A stretch of DNA of 63,695 nucleotides, filler included, from Basidiobolus ranarum (GCA_040143965.1; 45 parts of 45 records of this genome joined end to end with filler, not necessarily neighbours in it), one strand, 5' to 3'; positions 38,338 through 51,075 are shown, counted from the whole stretch's first letter. Made by a program: numbers and translations. The notes: a model not told the origin generated them from the sequence alone.

Positions 38338-39653
38338 ATGTAGTACATCCTTAAAAGTATACACTTTCTCCTCCAAAGCTCTAGTTAAATTGACTTGAAT
38401 TGTTCTCTTTCCAATAGCATCCAATATGTGGCCATCTCCTATGAAAACCTTTCAAATTGGGATTTTTTGATAATCCATAAACCAATGTTTTTCATTTGTG
38501 CAATGTTGCAAGGCTCCAGAATCAATATACCATGTTTAAGTATCCTTGTTGGTAGTCATAGATAGTGCAGATATGAACAAGTGATCTTCTGTTGTAACCA
38601 CATTTCCAGATTCAGTACACTTTTCTTCTTCTTCAATTCTTTCAAAGCAATCTTTACTTAAAGGGCCATTTCTTGTAAAGTAATCACAGAATGTGTTACT
38701 TTTCTTCTTAAAGTGCTTTTAACCTTCATAGGAAGATTTCTCATAGCCTATTGAAGCATTTTCTTTATTCTTTTGGTTGGATCCTGATTTGTGTAAATCT
38801 TTATCAAGAAGTCTGCCAAATACTTAATTTGAGGTCAAATTTCCAGTTCTTGATTCTAGAGCCATTACTATGCTTTGAAACTTGTGTGTCAGCCTATTCA
38901 GGACTGTAACTATGATATCTTGATCAGTGGTAGGTACTCCAATGCATTCCATTTCATCCACTAAAATAGTGATTTGATCTCTTCTCCTGGCTTCATCTTT
39001 AAGTTGAATAATTGTCTTCTTAGAAACATCTTGTTGGCAGCAGAACTTGTTTGGTAGGTGTCTTCCCAGGCTTTCCATACCTTCTTGGCAGTTTTAGCTC
39101 TTGAATAATGAATTAGCTATTTGTCTTTAATATTAAGACAAATCATGTCAAAGGCACATTGTTCTTTTTTAACCTGGTGTGAAACTTTGGTTTCAGATAG
39201 TTTTGCATTGTTTTCTTCTCCTACAACAGTGTCCCAGAGTCCTCTTTCTTGTAGCAGCATTTTCATTTTAATTTTCCTAACTTGATAATTGGTTCCATCC
39301 AATTTTTCAGAGGAAGGCAAAGTTCCATAAATTTGATATGTGGACATTACAGAGAGTGCAAGATTGGGGCTCATAACCTGTTAAGGTATTTGGGAGCCTG
39401 TTGGAAGTCATTTGGAGAATTAGGGAAATTGGTGGTGTTCACTTATAGATTTATTGAGTAGAAAGTTGACATTCATGGTTATGTCAAGATATAAACAAAC
39501 TAACAAGTAGAGTGTCCCAGGAGCATGTGTGCAAAGTATGGGGCTTCTAGCACAAGTTTGAACAATCTATATATCTGAGAACTTCTAAGTTGGTATCAAT
39601 ATTCCAAGTAAATTCCTCTTGAGAATAATGGATAATATCTTAGTGAATTATAT
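38338..39653 (-). mobile_element. Copia family 2 5' end: LTR (39379-39653), PBS, gag-protease
   Basis: KLDGTNY..KMKMLLQERGLWD; YIDSGA; LTR2 match. Confidence 0.92.
39367..39378 (-). other. Primer-binding site complementary to the tRNAiMet anticodon arm (half-tRNA type)
   Basis: GGTTATGAGCCC directly after the LTR CA; its complement GGGCTCATAACC is the initiator-tRNA anticodon arm in yeast. Confidence 0.85.
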
Positions 39654-41169
39654 NNNNNNNNNNNNNNNNNNNNNNNNNNNNNNNNNNNNNNNNNNNNTTA
39701 ATTAATTAANNNNNNNNNNNNNNNNNNNNNNNNNNNNNNNNNNNNNNNNNNNNGCTTACTGTATTATATCACTTACAACAATGTTGAGTGCGTGTAATTT
39801 CCAAACCCATATTAATTGCTAAATAAATTTAAATTGTTACATTCACGTTGTGTCTTTCGCTGGTTTGATTTATCTCTAAGCTCGGCATGGTCAGTATTGC
39901 AGGACAGTGGCCTTCATGTGGCATTTCCCAACTAGTAATGTCAAAATAAAAATTCAGGGTGTAGAACTTAATTTTGGTTTTGTTTGCCTGAAATGAGCAC
40001 AACAAGCGGGTCTGATTCATGAGTTTTACCAGTGCTCTTAATGCATCAAAATAAACAGTAATAAATCAAGCGTATTGATATTTCGCATTAATCAATTGCA
40101 AACAGCCATCTAGATACCATACTATTAGTCACGGTTCGTAAATGGTAACTTTTTCCGTCTCCATGGCTACCTATCAATTACTACCGTTGCGATCTTACCC
40201 ATTGCCATTTTTATTTTTGTTACCATTTCCATCGTTGTGGTCGCAGTCATTATCATTTGTTTGGACAAGGCGCAAGTTACTCTTGTTCTAGGTCATGACA
40301 AGGGAAATGATCTTCGAGGCTACTTTCAGTTTACATCGACATTCCAATACTGAGAAGTTAATGAGCGGATCTATATAGTTTATCTATTCCAACCAGAACA
40401 ATGTGTCACTTTACTCTATATATCTACACTAGCCCATCACTACACTAGCCATATTGGTATCACACTCCATCCATCACTACACTAGCCATATTTCCGTTAA
40501 TCCAATAGAAATCCCCTAGCAAGATCTGGATCATTCACTGAGTTTCAGTACGTATCTTGAATTGATCTATCACTTCAATACACACAGTTGATCTATCAGC
40601 TTGGAACACAGAGTCGATCTATCAGCTAAGTACACAAAGTTAATCGATCGGTCTTGTGTTCGATATCGATTGCTCTTTTCGCATATTTTGGCAAATCTAC
40701 GAAATTTGTGTTGTGCACCATTCCACCATATTGATGCTTCAATTTACAGAAGAGCATTGCGGCCGCGCAAGCATTTTTGTCGGATTAATAGATTTAGCCG
40801 GTACACAAGAATTTTCGGTTCACAAACACGCTTTCCGTGGGTAAGCGAGTGGGAGGGAGGTAGGGTGCTAGAGTATTCTATTAGCAAACAACTGCTAGTA
40901 TTGCTAAATTAGGTCAAGTGATAGAATATTCCATTTCGAGGAAGAACTCCGCATGATCCTTGGAGTCATTAACATTGTGTTGCTACTTCAGTTGCATCGT
41001 TAGGAGGCTGCTGAATTACTCTACTTGTTCTCTACAGCCGCTAAGACTTAACTAGTGTATCGTGTAGCCNNNNNNNNNNNNNNNNNNNNNNNNNNNNNNN
41101 NNNNNNNNNNNNNTTAATTAATTAANNNNNNNNNNNNNNNNNNNNNNNNNNNNNNNNNNNNNNNNNNNN

Positions 41170-42485
41170 AGGTTTCTTTGAGAACACATATGATCATGCA
41201 CTTGCATTGGCTCTGGATGGTTTCTCACTAAACAATTATTTATTGGAAAGGCTTGCTGGCCAATAGCTTTAATTAAGCTGAATCTTCCTCCTTCTGAAGG
41301 GTATAGGAGTCAAAATATTTTCATACTATCCACCATATCTGCATCTAAATCACCAGTGCTTGAAGATAGCTTCTTGGAGCCTTTGATTGAGGAATTTGAA
41401 CATTTATCTAATGGGCTACAGATGGGTAAATATTTCCTTAAAGCTAACATCATTGTATGAATTGGTGACACTCCTGGCATCAGTAAGCTTAGAGGTTTTT
41501 TAGGCACAATGCACACTCTGGCTGTAGATTTTGTCACATCAATGAAGTTAACCCTATCAAGTACATGTATTACTACTGTCCAAAGACATCACTAAGCTCC
41601 ATGATTAATCTGTAAAGTGCCTGGTAAGATTTCAACATGATCACAGATATCAACTCACCATATAGCAAGCCTAACAGCAAACTTGGTATTGGCCTTAAGC
41701 CTAAGAAATTATTGCTAAAGGGGATCAGCTGGAGCCAGAGCATCACAGGAGGTACTATGCTTTACTATTCAACAACATTCCAATACAACTTACTGAGCTA
41801 TATAGTGGAAAATTTGATATGAATGAGCCATTTGAGTTAGGATCACTGTTTTAATCAATTGGGAAAATGCTTGAAAACATCAAGATACCATCATATTTTA
41901 CCAGGACTCCTATCAATATCCATTCATCTATGCATTTCTTTGGGTGCAAAGACTGGAAGTATTGGATTTGTATATATTATGGTGAATCTTGAAAAGACTT
42001 CTGACTGATAAGTATTGGCAACATTGGGAGTTGTTTGTTGATATTGTAAATATCTTCTTATGGCATCAACCCACATTGGCAGATCACAGTCAGATACAGC
42101 AACCAGGCAAAGATTTTGCAATTGGACAGGAATAATTCTGTTACAAATTTGAAGAAGATAGAATGAATCTATGCTGGTAATCAATACATTGCTGGCAGCA
42201 TTTTTCGCAATGCTTAGAGATTGTAGGCCCTTGCTATACATTCTGGGAGTTCCAAATGGAGCATACCGGTGGTGAAATGATGCTCCATGTGAAATTGTCA
42301 GTATTACCTTATGTTAAGCAGATTAACATTATATCAGCAAAGTCAGTGATGATATAATGCAATGGGTTAAGGAGACTCCAGAGTATATTAACCTTCCAAC
42401 AAAGGGCTCTTTTCAACAAGCTCACAGGTTTGTGCTTTGTTAGGGCTCATTCACAGCAACAGACCCCAAGCCATGGACACAGAGT
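41170..42485 (+). pseudogene. CACTA-like transposase with complete catalytic region
   Basis: LALDGF, IGDTPGISKL, YWQHW, FWEFQMEH. Confidence 0.88.
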
Positions 42486-42585
42486 NNNNNNNNNNNNNNN
42501 NNNNNNNNNNNNNNNNNNNNNNNNNNNNNTTAATTAATTAANNNNNNNNNNNNNNNNNNNNNNNNNNNNNNNNNNNNNNNNNNNN

Positions 42586-42778
42586 TCTCAGGTTTGACAC
42601 CACTGACTGAAGCAGCCTTATCGAAGAACTGCTCTACACAACCAAGGAATGCAGGTTCACTTTCTTCGCAAGCAGCATTAGCGTGGGTGCTCATACTTCT
42701 AAGAGCAGGAAGGGCTCTTACGGCATGGGAGGTGATATTTCTGCACAAGGGGACTGATTTGAGTATAGCGATAGACAT
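42586..42778 (-). CDS. Glutamate dehydrogenase N-terminus with mitochondrial presequence
   Basis: Basic, acid-free leader ending LRSMST, then EPAFLGCVEQFFDKAA, resembling animal GDH (PNFFKMVEGFFDRGA). Confidence 0.7.
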
Positions 42779-43678
42779 TGAAACGATAATGCAATGATTT
42801 TGGAACGGATATTTGGATTTCTTTTATATTTCGTTTGACTTGTATACAGGTACAAATCTCAAATGGAAACCAAAATCATTTTACCCAGGACCCAGAAGTG
42901 ATTGTTGATCAGACCACTCCATCTAATCATTCATTCCTTATCTAAACAGGGATTGCCCACGCCACCTACTTGACTGATGAAAGTGCAAGTATTCTAAATT
43001 TGTATATCCTGTTTGGTTACTTCACTTGGCCATCGTATTAGCAGATGACTTGGCTCTGCAACCAGGTAGTAACTTGATTGATTCACACCATCACAAACTT
43101 TCGCAGATTTCATGCAAGTATGGCTCCCCAGGAAAGATTCGGTAGGAAAAGGATGCATAAGGCTCTCTGATCATGAGGTCGAGATTGATGTTAGATATCC
43201 ATCATCTATGTATTACATATTGGTGTTGATGGAGATAAGCCTCGATCACATTGCCTTCTTTCTCAACTGTGAAACCTCCATTGACGCTATACTGTGTCCA
43301 TTTGTTATATGTCAAGTTACATTCCGTGCACTCAAATGAAGCTTAACCAACTTCTTCCGAAATCGTCCGACGAACAAGTAGTGAACAACATCCATACCAA
43401 CAGATTTTTCATAGGAGATAGCCAGCCTCATTGAATAAACCTGTTGAGGTAGTTATGAGTACTTTTCGATGACTCTAATTATCCATGAATCTGTATTTGC
43501 TACTGCTTTCATCGAATGGTATACTTATGAGTAAGATATTTTAACTAAATGTATAGTTGAATTTATTGAAAATCGCATTTATGATTACAGGTAAGAGTTG
43601 TGGTTTTCTGTAGTTGAAATGTTGTGAAGTTAATGCTAGAAATATATGTATATGATAGATTTGCGGACTGAGCACTAT

Positions 43679-43900
43679 TTAACCGCGGTTAGTGAAAAGA
43701 GAGCCTGATCCCTCCGAGACTGATGCGATCTTACGAATGGCATTCACAATGGCAGCGGTACGATAATCAATGTTGCCGAACTCACTGGCAGTGACTCTAG
43801 TCTCCTCACAGGCCTTGATCATGGTATCCTCAAGTCCAGAGTAAACAAGTTCGTGCTCTTCAGCACCATGAATGACCTGTTGACGTTCGGTGATGGTGAG
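43679..43900 (-). CDS. Glutamate dehydrogenase C-terminus
   Basis: GAEEHELVYSGLEDTM...DYRTAAIVNAIRKIASVSEGSGSLFTNRG-stop resembles GASEKDIVHSGLAYTM...DLRTAAYVNAIEKV; absent from the ORF track. Confidence 0.88.
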   Translation of the reverse strand, partial: LTITERQQVIHGAEEHELVYSGLEDTMIKACEETRVTASEFGNIDYRTAAIVNAIRKIASVSEGSGSLFTNRG

Positions 43901-44001
43901 TNNNNNNNNNNNNNNNNNNNNNNNNNNNNNNNNNNNNNNNNNNNNTTAATTAATTAANNNNNNNNNNNNNNNNNNNNNNNNNNNNNNNNNNNNNNNNNNN
44001 N

Positions 44002-45175
44002 ACATGCTGCTCCCTCTGTCCATTCTCATATGGGATTTCAGTCAATCCCACACCATACGTATGAACGTCACCATGACAATCTAGCAGAGCAGAATATGTG
44101 TTGAACCATTAAGCCTACACAATGACCCAAAATTGCTTGGGCACATGAAAGTAGAAATCTGATAGGCAAACCAGCAAACCACAAGACTCTGAATGTCAGA
44201 GCTGCCATCACTTGCTCTGATGATGAGTGGTTTAACATTATGGGAACTGTGCGGAATCTTGCCCAAAATCACCTGGATTTGAGTCAATTGTGGAAAAACC
44301 AAACACCAGGCATTACTCTGAAGGTTCTTGACTTATTTCATGTTGCTTATCCTGGGTTTTTGCAAGCAAATGGCAATTGTGCTAGTATAGGCCTATTCTT
44401 GAAACATCTCAAAAATGTAAGCAATTATTGACTTGTAAATCAAAGAAAAGCAGCTAAAGACATACTGAAGGAGCAGGAAGTTAGTAAACCCAAGGGAAAA
44501 GCAAAGGAGCCAGTGAGCTTGGGCTCTACTGTCCCACTTACTAAATTCTTCACATCATTGCAAAGATCTGCATTTCCAGAGTCAGATATACCGGCAAAAA
44601 AGCTTAATTTCACCCTGGAACTGGGTACACCAGTTGGAAGAGTGCTAAATTTGGAAGTTATCCAATACAGCTTGATATTCAGTCTGGTGTTGACCATGCA
44701 GATATCTGGGAAGAACTTAATACTGAGTGGCACAATATTGCAAGGTATCTGCCAGATAGCTGGAAGAATGTTGATTCAGCAACGTTAATATAATGGTGGG
44801 CTTTGATGTAGATATTGACACAAACTTGTGTTAGGTATGAGCTAAACCTTGGGTATGAAGAACTCAATAAAAATATTCAGGAGAATATATCAAAGAGACT
44901 AAGGATTTTGAAGGTGAAAAATTAGCATTCAAGTGGTAATTGTGTAAAATTTGAGTTATGTTTTGCACATGTGTTGATCCATAGTTCTCTGAGATTGTAG
45001 CCAATCATATGGTACTATTTTGCAAGATTTTGAAATTTCACTCCTGAAACTGAAAAAATTGATTAAAATCAAATCTAACTTGACAATTTTATGATGGTAA
45101 GTAGACAGTCAACCCCAAATGGATTAAAATTGTGATGGTTTTCCTACAATAACAATCCTCAAATTTCTGTTAGGG
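44002..45175 (+). mobile_element. CCCTA ORF2 contiguous with end A, inserted into LTR1 (45176-45313)
   Basis: ORF2 motifs followed by ...TTTCTGTTAGGG at 45175; links ORF2 to end A. Confidence 0.9.
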
Positions 45176-45417
45176 AACCCCAGCGTTAGTTTTCTGTATT
45201 TCCATCAAAATGTATAAATGCTTAATTTCTGGACAATAAATAATTATCTCACAATAGCTATTCACAACTCCACTTTTCTGAAGTTCCTTCAAGTAGCTCA
45301 TATTTTCCCAATAGGTTNNNNNNNNNNNNNNNNNNNNNNNNNNNNNNNNNNNNNNNNNNNNTTAATTAATTAANNNNNNNNNNNNNNNNNNNNNNNNNNN
45401 NNNNNNNNNNNNNNNNN

Positions 45418-46107
45418 TTTCAACACTTTGGAAAGGACCAGTTGAGTTTGGAGAGCCATGAGTTTGATTTGCTGGGGGTTTGGCTTGTTCAGAGGTGCCA
45501 GGTGTTGGATAAACTTCTGAATTAAGCACTCTTCCCACTTGTGTACCTGGATCCATGGTGAAATTAAGCTTTTTTGCCAGTATATCTGACTTTGGAAATG
45601 CATATCATTGTAATAGTGTAAAGAATTTGGTAAGTGGGAGAGTAGAGCCTAAACTCACTGGCTCCTTTGCTTTTCCCTTGGATTTACTAACTTCCTGCTC
45701 CCTGAGTACTTCTTTAGCTGCTTTTCTTTCTTTTCCCAGTCTATAATTGCATACATTTTTGAGATGTTTCATGAATAGACCTGTACCAGCCCAATTGCCA
45801 TTTGCTTGCAAAAACTCAGGATAAGCCACATGAAATAAGTCAAGAACCTTCAGAGAAACACCTGGTTTTTGGTTTTTCTGCAATTGGCCCAAATCCAGGT
45901 GATTTTGGGAAAGATTCCACATACTTTCCAAAATGTTAAACCACTCATCATTTGAGCAAGTGATGGCAGCTCTGACTTTGAGAATCTTTTGGTTTGCCAA
46001 CTTTCCTATAAGATTTCTACTTTCATGTGTCCAAGCAATTTCAGGTTGTTGCATAGGCTTAATGGTCCAACACATATTCTGCTCTGCTAGATTGTCATGG
46101 TGATATT
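45418..46107 (-). pseudogene. CCCTA ORF2, best-preserved segment
   Basis: 156-aa ORF 45605-46075 IAWTHESRNLIGKL...EWFNILE...FHVAYPEFLQANGNWAG. Confidence 0.8.
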
Positions 46108-46832
46108 GTAGTGTGGGATAGGGGTGTTGACTTAAATAATCAGTAATAAAGCTTTATCCCACTAAAAATCTCCAGCAATGCTGAATTTTTTATACTGAAA
46201 GCTTAAAAATATTGATAGGAGATATATTCTTCACTCTATCTTTGAAGGGTAAAGACACACTTTAGTTTGTAATAGCTTGAAGACTTTATGAGAAAAGATT
46301 ATGTCTGATATAAGAACTATCAAGAATCCTGAATACTACAAGGGTAGATAAACTCTGGTGGATTCTCTAACTTGAAGTCTGAAGAAAAAGATTTAGTTCT
46401 TTTGAGATTGGCAGAGACTTTGATTAAGAGTTATATATACTCTTTGGCTGTATAAGCAAAGATAACTATGAAAGAATCTGAACTGCAATCTTTAATAGTC
46501 AAGCCTAGTCAAGTAGCAATAGGAATCTTTATTATCTGACTAGACTTGTTCCATTTAATTGAGCCAGATCAGGACAGCTAAAAAGTGTGCCAGCACAAAT
46601 TGGCATGATTGCGCACTATTTGGCACAATGTTATTTACCATTTTGGAAACAGTGTATTTTACTTATGTGGTATGTTTGAGAAAAGTACTTTTAGACATTA
46701 ATGCACATTCAAAAGATAATGAAAGCTTTATTNNNNNNNNNNNNNNNNNNNNNNNNNNNNNNNNNNNNNNNNNNNNTTAATTAATTAANNNNNNNNNNNN
46801 NNNNNNNNNNNNNNNNNNNNNNNNNNNNNNNN

Positions 46833-47012
46833 TTTTAGCCAATCATTTGCAACTATTTTGCAAGATCTTGAAATTTCACTCCTGAAACTGAAAAAATTGA
46901 TTAAAATCAAATCTAACTTGATGATTTTATGATGGTAAGTAAATGGTCAACCCCAAATGGATTAAATTGTGATGGTTTTCCTACAATAACAATCCTCAAA
47001 TTTCTGTTAGGG
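46833..47012 (-). mobile_element. CCCTA end A
   Basis: Ends TTTCTGTTAGGG. Confidence 0.9.
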
Positions 47013-47666
47013 AAAAGATCATTGGTTATGAGATGCCACTTCTAGTCCAGCTGCCCACTCACAGGAACATCAAAAAACATTTGGTGGGTATAATCTCACA
47101 TTAGAGTGAACTATATTACACATAAATAAATATAAAACAATGTGGTTTGTTAACTAAAATCCAAAAGACACTAATTTGTGTAACCAAAAGGGCTGTTGAA
47201 GTAAAATTTGCATAATGACAAGTGTGGCACAATGGTGTGTTTATTTTTACTTGATGGAGTATTGTACCATAGTCCTTGCATCCACAGGTAATCAACATAC
47301 ATATAGGACTTGTTGCATTGTGCCAGGATTTATTGGACCTTGGATCAATATATTAGAGAAATGTGATTGAAATTAATCTGCCAGAGGGTGCTGGATAGTG
47401 CCAAATTGTGATGCATAAATTTTAGAATGCTTTATCCAATATGATATATACAGCAATCAATTGACCGTGATCATAATCACGACTATAGGTTAAACCGATC
47501 AAGGCTGTAATGAGTAATTACGGTTCATTTAGGCGATATCACACATTAACCGGTAACATAAAATTGGCATAATTAAGGTTGATTATAGAATGCAGAAATA
47601 TCAAGAAATTTATTAAACAATGTATGGTATAATTATGTGATAGGGAATCCAAGAGGAAGTGGGAGT

Positions 47667-48147
47667 CTATTGAACAAAGCGGGCGTTAAATTTGATCACT
47701 TGGCGAAGAGTATCAAGCTGTCTCCAACTCAGCTGAGCAACATTACGGGCAACGGCCCAACGAACACCCTCCTACGAATAAGTCATCTTATTAGTAAGAA
47801 ATTAAAAAGTCAATTCTTTAAATCCAATTGTATTTTTACCGTGCAAGGTGGAGTGGTTAGGCTCCCTTCATATGCCCAGTACTCATCGACATTTCCAATT
47901 TCATTGAAGAGACTTTGGAAATCAAGGCTACCAATAACTACAGATTGTCCGGCAACAGTAGGGATGTTTCTCTAATATTGAAGGTTTGTTAGCGGTGAAA
48001 TCACCTCGAGAGGTAAAGAAATTTACTTACATTGTTACTGAGTTGACTTATAAATTTGTTATTCTTGCTGGTGGCTTCAAAAACCACTCCAACCACATGA
48101 TTTTTATTAAGCTGAGGACTGTTCATAACGAAATGAATTTCCATGTC
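47667..48147 (-). CDS. Alpha-class carbonic anhydrase, 3' part; exons 48147-48031, 47971-47840, 47771-47667
   Basis: Spliced frame MEIHFV...VVGVVF / YWAYEGSLTTPPCT / EGVRWAV...FNARFVQ-stop; two phase-0 GT-AG introns (59 and 68 nt) with CTAA(C/T) branch sites. Confidence 0.92.
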
Positions 48148-48247
48148 NNNNNNNNNNNNNNNNNNNNNNNNNNNNNNNNNNNNNNNNNNNNTTAATTAAT
48201 TAANNNNNNNNNNNNNNNNNNNNNNNNNNNNNNNNNNNNNNNNNNNN

Positions 48248-49561
48248 CAGTCTAACATCAAACTTGCTATTAGCTGTAAGCCTAAGATTATATTGCTAAA
48301 GGGGATCAGCTGGTGCCAGAGCTTCTCATTAGGCATGATGCACTTACTATTCCTCAACATTCTGATACTACTTACTCAGCTATTTAGTGGAAAATTCAAT
48401 ATGAATGAGCCATTTGAGATAGGATCAAAGTTTGAATTAATTGGGATAATGTTTGATAACATCAAGATACCATCATATTTTACCAGGACTCCCATCAATA
48501 TCCACTCATATACGCATTTATTCAAATGCAATGACTGCAAGTATTGGATTTGTATATATTCAAGTGGAATTTTTAATAGATATCTGCCTGAAAAGTATCG
48601 GCAACATTGGGAGTTTTTTGTCAATATTGTTAATATATTCCTATGGTATCAACTCATATTGGCAGATCTCAGGCAGATACAGCAACTGTGCAAAGATTTT
48701 GAAATTGGATATGAAAAACATAATTACAGGTTTAAAGAAGATAGACTGAATCTATGCCAGTATTCAATACATTCCCTGCTGCATCTTTCACATTGCTTAG
48801 TGATTATAGGCCCATGCTATATATTCTGCAAGTTCCCACTGGCATGCACCTGTGATGAAATAATCTTCCTAATGAAATTGTCAGTAGTATCATATGCTAA
48901 TCTGATTAATAATGCCCTAACATATATAAAATTGATTTGATCTGGATTGGATACACCCTCCAAAATAGCAAAACCATGAGAGAACCATCACAATATTGCT
49001 GGCTTGCATTCTGCCAGGGATTATGATGGTGTGACAATGATTTCTTGATGGTCTCTTGATGGTATTCATACATGTTAAAATATTGATCCTCAAATTTGGC
49101 ATGCTTTATACAATATCCAACCATTTTTGCAAAAATATAATTTTTGAATGGCAAATTACTGGGTTTACTGCTGTAGGAATTTGAAATAATATGCATGACT
49201 TTATTTAGATATTTTAGGCTTTTTATTCCAGCCATAATGAGAATCAAAAAATACAAAAATCTCATTGTGTTTAGTCTCTACAGATGCATATGTTTGACTG
49301 ATTAAACATAACTCAACAACATCAATATGCTTTACCAGAAAATTAATGGTGAAAAATTGCTAAACATCCAAATTTTGAATAGAACCAACACTTGACAAAT
49401 AGCTGATTCATATTATGATTCACAATGAGGATAAGCTCTTGGATTTTGGCAAATTTCCGTAAAGAATTTAGCCAATATATCCCCAACTTACAGTCAACAA
49501 ATGTCCTGCCACAAGTAGATGTGTCATTGCTTGAATAGATTACCCCATGGCCAAAACAATA
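48248..49561. mobile_element. Transposase (plus, 48248-48914) interrupted by end B of another copy (48915-49561)
   Basis: 215-aa ORF with SIHSLLHL...GPCYIFCKFP; CCCTAACA at 48915. Confidence 0.88.
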
Positions 49562-49661
49562 NNNNNNNNNNNNNNNNNNNNNNNNNNNNNNNNNNNNNNN
49601 NNNNNTTAATTAATTAANNNNNNNNNNNNNNNNNNNNNNNNNNNNNNNNNNNNNNNNNNNN

Positions 49662-50975
49662 CTGGCATGGATTCAGTCTATCTTCCTAAAACCTGTAATA
49701 AACTTTTTCATATCCAATTACAAAATCTTTGCACAGTTGCTGTATCTGCCTGAGATCAGCCAATGTGTGTTGATGCCATAAGAATGTATTCACAATATCC
49801 ACAAACAACTTCCAATGTTGCCAATACTTATCAGGCAGAAATCTTTTCAAGATTCCACTTGAATATAAATAAATTTAATACTTCCAGTCTTTGCATTTGA
49901 ATAGATACCTAGATGAGTGGGTAGTGATGGGAGTCATGGTAGAATATGATGGTATCTTGATGTTTTCAAGCATTTTCCAAACTGATTCAAACTTTGCTCC
50001 TATCTCAAATGGCTTGTTCATATTGAATTTTCCACTATATGAGCTAAGTAAGAAGTATTGGAATGTTGTAGAATAGCAAGTGCATAGTGCCTAATGGGAA
50101 GCTCTGGCTCTGGCTGATCACCTTTAGCAATATAATCATAGGCTTACCGCTAATACCAAGTTTGATGTTAGGCTGACCATTTGATGAATTGATATCAGTG
50201 ATCATATTGAAATCTAACTAGGCCCTTGATGATAAAATCATGGAGTTCAGTTTTGTATTTGGATAGTAGTAATGTGTATGCTTGATTGAGTAGACTCCAT
50301 TGCTTTGACAAAATCTACAGCAAGATGGTGCATTGTGCCCCCAAAAACCTCCAGGTTTACTGATGGCAGGAGTGTCACCAATACATACAATGATGTTAGC
50401 TTTAATAAAACATTCACCCATCTGAACCGCATTAGATATCATTCAAATTTCACCATCAAAGGCTCCATGAAGTTATCTATAAGTTTTGGTGATTTAGGTC
50501 CAGATATGATGGATAGTATCAAAATATTATGACTATTATACCATTCAGAAGGAGGAAGATTCAAGTTAATCAAAATTACTGGCCAGCAAGCCTTTCCAAT
50601 GGTATATTTGTTTAGCAAGAAACCATGTGCAGCCAATGCAAATGCAATATCATACAGGTTCTCAAATAAACCATGACTTTTCAGATTCTGGTAGTGATGT
50701 CAATCAAGTAAATAGATAAAACCATCAGCTTGATAGTGAGTACTCTGGTATTGGATTAATGAGCTATATTTGGGTGATTTCATCAAGACTCTAAGACAGG
50801 GAATCAGCAGTATCCAAGCCAAATATGAGCAATATTTACCTGATTCATTGATTGACAATTGTGTATACCCTAACAGAAATTTGAGGATTGTTATCGTAGG
50901 AAAACCGTCACAATTTTAATCCATTTGGGATTGACCGTTTACTTACCGTCATAAAATCGTCAAGTTAGATTTGAT
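49662..50975. mobile_element. Transposase (minus) interrupted by a CpG-intact end A at 50868
   Basis: IGDTPAISK, GHNAPSCCRFC; TIR at 50868. Confidence 0.9.
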
Positions 50976-51075
50976 NNNNNNNNNNNNNNNNNNNNNNNNN
51001 NNNNNNNNNNNNNNNNNNNTTAATTAATTAANNNNNNNNNNNNNNNNNNNNNNNNNNNNNNNNNNNNNNNNNNNN

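Noticed and set aside
7112-48147. Cluster of chitin synthase, GDH and carbonic anhydrase, or their capture by transposons
   Set aside because: They lie on separate unplaced contigs, have normal CpG content, and are not inside element termini
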